Source: Candidatus Woesebacteria bacterium RIFCSPHIGHO2_02_FULL_42_20 (GTDB taxonomy: Bacteria > Patescibacteriota > Microgenomatia > UBA8517). Taken from it: DNA of 64,000 nucleotides. Shown here in pieces: positions 61,763-64,000 of this stretch. The stretch covers positions 3,432 through 67,431 of the forward strand of contig MGGS01000018.1 of the NCBI GenBank assembly GCA_001792535.1. The letters are read 5' to 3'. Both the position numbers and the translations under genes were made by a program. The notes beneath the pieces were generated by a model. The model did no database searches and was not told the origin of the DNA. It saw only the letters and a program-made list of their open reading frames with translations. Positions within the stretch are counted from its first letter, which is position 1, and every line of letters begins with the position of its first letter.

Positions 61763-62017
61763 TCAAGCTTTAGTGAGGTTCACAATATCCATTCGCAAGG
61801 TTTTTATTTGCTCTTCGTGTCTAGCGCTATAAAGACAACGAACATCGGCGTATGAGCAAAATACACAGCAAAAACCGTCAATGGTCTCAATTAGCTTGCT
61901 GCACGTCGTGCATTTATAAAAAATCTGGCAATAGGTCTTGGGCATTTCAACTTCTTCGGTACCCCCGCAATGCGGGCACGTTAGTTTTGCTTTGGTCATT
62001 AACTTATTATACCCCAC
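61763..62017 (-). CDS. small zinc-ribbon protein (multiple CxxC)
   Basis: CPHCGG...CTTCS...CCVFCSYADVRC. Confidence 0.4.
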   Translation of the reverse strand: MGYNKLMTKAKLTCPHCGGTEEVEMPKTYCQIFYKCTTCSKLIETIDGFCCVFCSYADVRCLYSARHEEQIKTLRMDIVNLTKA

Positions 62018-63092
62018 CTTTCAACTTAAGCCCGGATTCGATGAATTCGTCAAGTTCACCATCTAAAACTGCTTCTGTATCTGATGTTTGTATGTTAGTC
62101 CGTAAGTCTTTGACCATTTTGTAAGGGTGCAGGACATACGAACGAATTTGGGTTCCCCATGAAGCGGGTCTATATTCGCCTTTAAGATTTTTCTTTTCGT
62201 TTTTGACCTCCTCCCGGCTTCTTAGCCACAATTTTGACCGAAGTAACCCTAACGCAAGCTTGCGGTTTGCTTCCTGAAACCGTTCCCTCTGACTTGTCAC
62301 GACAATACCGGTTGGCATATGAGTAAGGCGAACCGCGGTCGAAACTTTCTGAACGTTTTGGCCTCCTTGACTTGAAGAATGGAAAAACTGCCACTCCAAG
62401 TCATCATCTTTTATAACAATGTCCGGCAGGTCAACTTCAACCATATCGGGCAGTACTTCGACCATGGCAAACGAAGTCTGCCGAAGGCGATCAGCGTTAA
62501 AGGGTGACTGGCGCACCAATCTATGGGTTCCCGATTCATTTTTTAGGTACCCATAGGCATGTCCACCTTCAACTTTAAAAATCACACTTTTTATTCCCGC
62601 CTCCTCTCCCGGAGTATCGTCGATCATCTGAGTTTTAAAACCCCACCTTTCACAAAACCGAAGATACATGCGGAGCAACATTGCTGCCCAATCCATTGCT
62701 TCCGTACCCCCTTGGCCCGCGTGAATTCCGACAACCGCGTTCTTGTCATCATACTGGCCTGACAAATAAGTGACTAGCTCAAGCTTTTCCAATTCTTTTT
62801 CCACACCGGCTGCTTCTTTTTCAAGGTCACTCGCCAACGACTCGTCAGCCGATAACTCCTCAAGCCCCGAAATATCTTTCTCAAGAGTTTCTACCTGTTC
62901 TACTTGTTTTTTGAGGTCGCCAATCCTTTGCATCAGATCCCGGGCGTGAGTCTGGTCTTTCCATAAATCGGGGTCGCTTGACTGCGATTCCAACTTCTTT
63001 AAGTCCAGTCGCACGGCATCCAAATTAAGACTTTTTTTAATAGTCGCAAATCGAGTTTCAAGCTCGATAATTCTCGCTTTGACATCGGTCAT
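62007..63092 (-). CDS. prfB: peptide chain release factor 2
   Basis: GQGGQNVQKVSTAVRLTHMPTGIVV (GGQ) and SPF codon-recognition motif; single uninterrupted ORF. Confidence 0.85.
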   Translation of the reverse strand: MTDVKARIIELETRFATIKKSLNLDAVRLDLKKLESQSSDPDLWKDQTHARDLMQRIGDLKKQVEQVETLEKDISGLEELSADESLASDLEKEAAGVEKELEKLELVTYLSGQYDDKNAVVGIHAGQGGTEAMDWAAMLLRMYLRFCERWGFKTQMIDDTPGEEAGIKSVIFKVEGGHAYGYLKNESGTHRLVRQSPFNADRLRQTSFAMVEVLPDMVEVDLPDIVIKDDDLEWQFFHSSSQGGQNVQKVSTAVRLTHMPTGIVVTSQRERFQEANRKLALGLLRSKLWLRSREEVKNEKKNLKGEYRPASWGTQIRSYVLHPYKMVKDLRTNIQTSDTEAVLDGELDEFIESGLKLKGGV

Positions 63093-63107
63093 GAAGCTAG
63101 TATAACA

Positions 63108-63572
63108 TCAAGGCTCACAAATAAGGTAGCGGGCGCGGCGGGCGGCATCAGGAGAGAGGGTTTGAAACTGGCTCACTATCTCGTCCACTTCATCCTGGCT
63201 CTCACTAGCCACGGATAAGGGTACTTCAGTTTCCGTACCAAGCACATTAACCAACCTTTCGCGCCCGGTCGTGATAAACGCAGCTAATGGCCTCGGAGCA
63301 TTCTCCCAACCAACAATTTCGGTAAACACAGTTCTGCCTGCCAGCAACATAAACCCTTCGACAATAATCGCGAGTAAAAAGCCCATAACCACATATGCCG
63401 TGGCCCCTTTAAAAGACCAATGAACATACATATGGCGGAGGCGTGCCAAGGAAAAAATGAGCAGAAAAATAAGAAAGACGACCAATACTGCCTGAAAATA
63501 ATTAGGAGAAAACGCCAGCTTGCCTATGTGAAAATCGAAGGTTCTAAAGGGCAGCGGGACAGCAGCTTCCAT
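63108..63572 (-). CDS. hypothetical membrane protein
   Basis: Three TM helices. Confidence 0.3.
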   Translation of the reverse strand: MEAAVPLPFRTFDFHIGKLAFSPNYFQAVLVVFLIFLLIFSLARLRHMYVHWSFKGATAYVVMGFLLAIIVEGFMLLAGRTVFTEIVGWENAPRPLAAFITTGRERLVNVLGTETEVPLSVASESQDEVDEIVSQFQTLSPDAARRARYLICEP

Positions 63573-63601
63573 AGCACCTCAATATTACCACACCAGGCAA
63601 T

Positions 63602-63904
63602 CTACAACGCTGATGCCGCAGAATTGAGGGAGTTAATATCAGCTTCAATTGTACCTTCATTAGTACTCTTAAGCTCAGTTTCAATGTCAGAAATAGCATC
63701 AGAGTCGCTTATAGGTTTCATTGTCGGAACCAAAGCTCCGTCGGACCGGCTCGTCGTGTACTGTTGGTTAACCTGTTGCGGCAGTGCCTGCTGGCTCCAG
63801 AGAAAATAGTACGAAGCGGCCGCAGCGCCGACCACTAACAGTAAAATTAGTATAACAACAATGATCGCGACAGATCCTTGTGAATTCTTATCCCTGCCCT
63901 TCAC
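63602..63904 (-). CDS. hypothetical membrane-anchored protein
   Basis: N-terminal TM. Confidence 0.3.
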   Translation of the reverse strand: MKGRDKNSQGSVAIIVVILILLLVVGAAAASYYFLWSQQALPQQVNQQYTTSRSDGALVPTMKPISDSDAISDIETELKSTNEGTIEADINSLNSAASAL

Positions 63905-64000
63905 CGGCTACTCCTTTCAAAGCTTTTAAAGCATCGCCCACCGCTACTCTGGCATCCTTGATTTTTTCGAGAACCGACTTTATATCAGTATGGAAATCAT

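Noticed and set aside
62007-63092. prfB lacking the usual programmed +1 frameshift
   Set aside because: A substantial minority of bacteria encode RF2 without the frameshift. The ORF is intact from Met to the GGQ and SPF motifs, so nothing is anomalous. The presence of RF2 also argues against UGA recoding.
63893-64000. Possible partial minus-strand ORF at the window end (…IKSVLEKIKDARVAVGDALKALKGVAGEGQG)
   Set aside because: Only about 35 codons are visible with no motif, so it cannot be supported.

Overview
This is a densely coded bacterial chromosomal segment of about 42% GC with genes on both strands and no rRNA, tRNA or CRISPR that I can support. The gene content suggests a small-genome monoderm-like bacterium. 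Evidence for that is a sortase with an LPXTG substrate, an ER-type SipW signal peptidase with camelysin/TasA-like substrates, an RRM RNA-binding protein and many small hypothetical genes; a Patescibacteria/CPR origin is possible but unproven. Recognisable housekeeping genes include trmD, the rfbA-like and rfbB pair, an alpha-glucan phosphorylase and galE. A complete F-type ATP synthase operon is present with an unusually short delta subunit. There is also an ftsE-ftsX-M23 peptidase operon, prfB (RF2, unframeshifted), an SDR, a ROK kinase and YidD. Accessory content includes a protein-glycosylation-like cluster (GT-C ArnT-like, two polyprenyl-phosphate GT2 enzymes of which one is GtrA-fused, and an FkbM methyltransferase). 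Two type II toxin-antitoxin pairs (Phd/RelE-like and VapBC) are present, and a XerC/D-like tyrosine recombinase is translationally coupled to trmD. The most interesting region (24.7-31.6 kb) is a secreted-fibre locus. It contains an S8 subtilase, two paralogous camelysin/TasA-like proteins carrying the SipW-cognate N-terminal motif, a SipW-type signal peptidase fused to a lamin-tail domain, an RTX-repeat TasA-like protein and a TrpR-like YerC regulator bracketed by perfect palindromes. A second surface system (44.6-50.0 kb) has a sortase next to an operon of three paralogous Asn/Thr/Gly-rich repeat proteins, one of them LPXTG-anchored. There is also a type IV pilin-like cluster with a vWA protein (51.9-55.5 kb). 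Other items are a 443-aa unknown protein divergently paired with an atypical wHTH regulator, a beta-carbonic-anhydrase-like miniprotein, and long palindromes or hairpins in several intergenic regions. All assignments rest on motif recognition by eye; no database searches were run.
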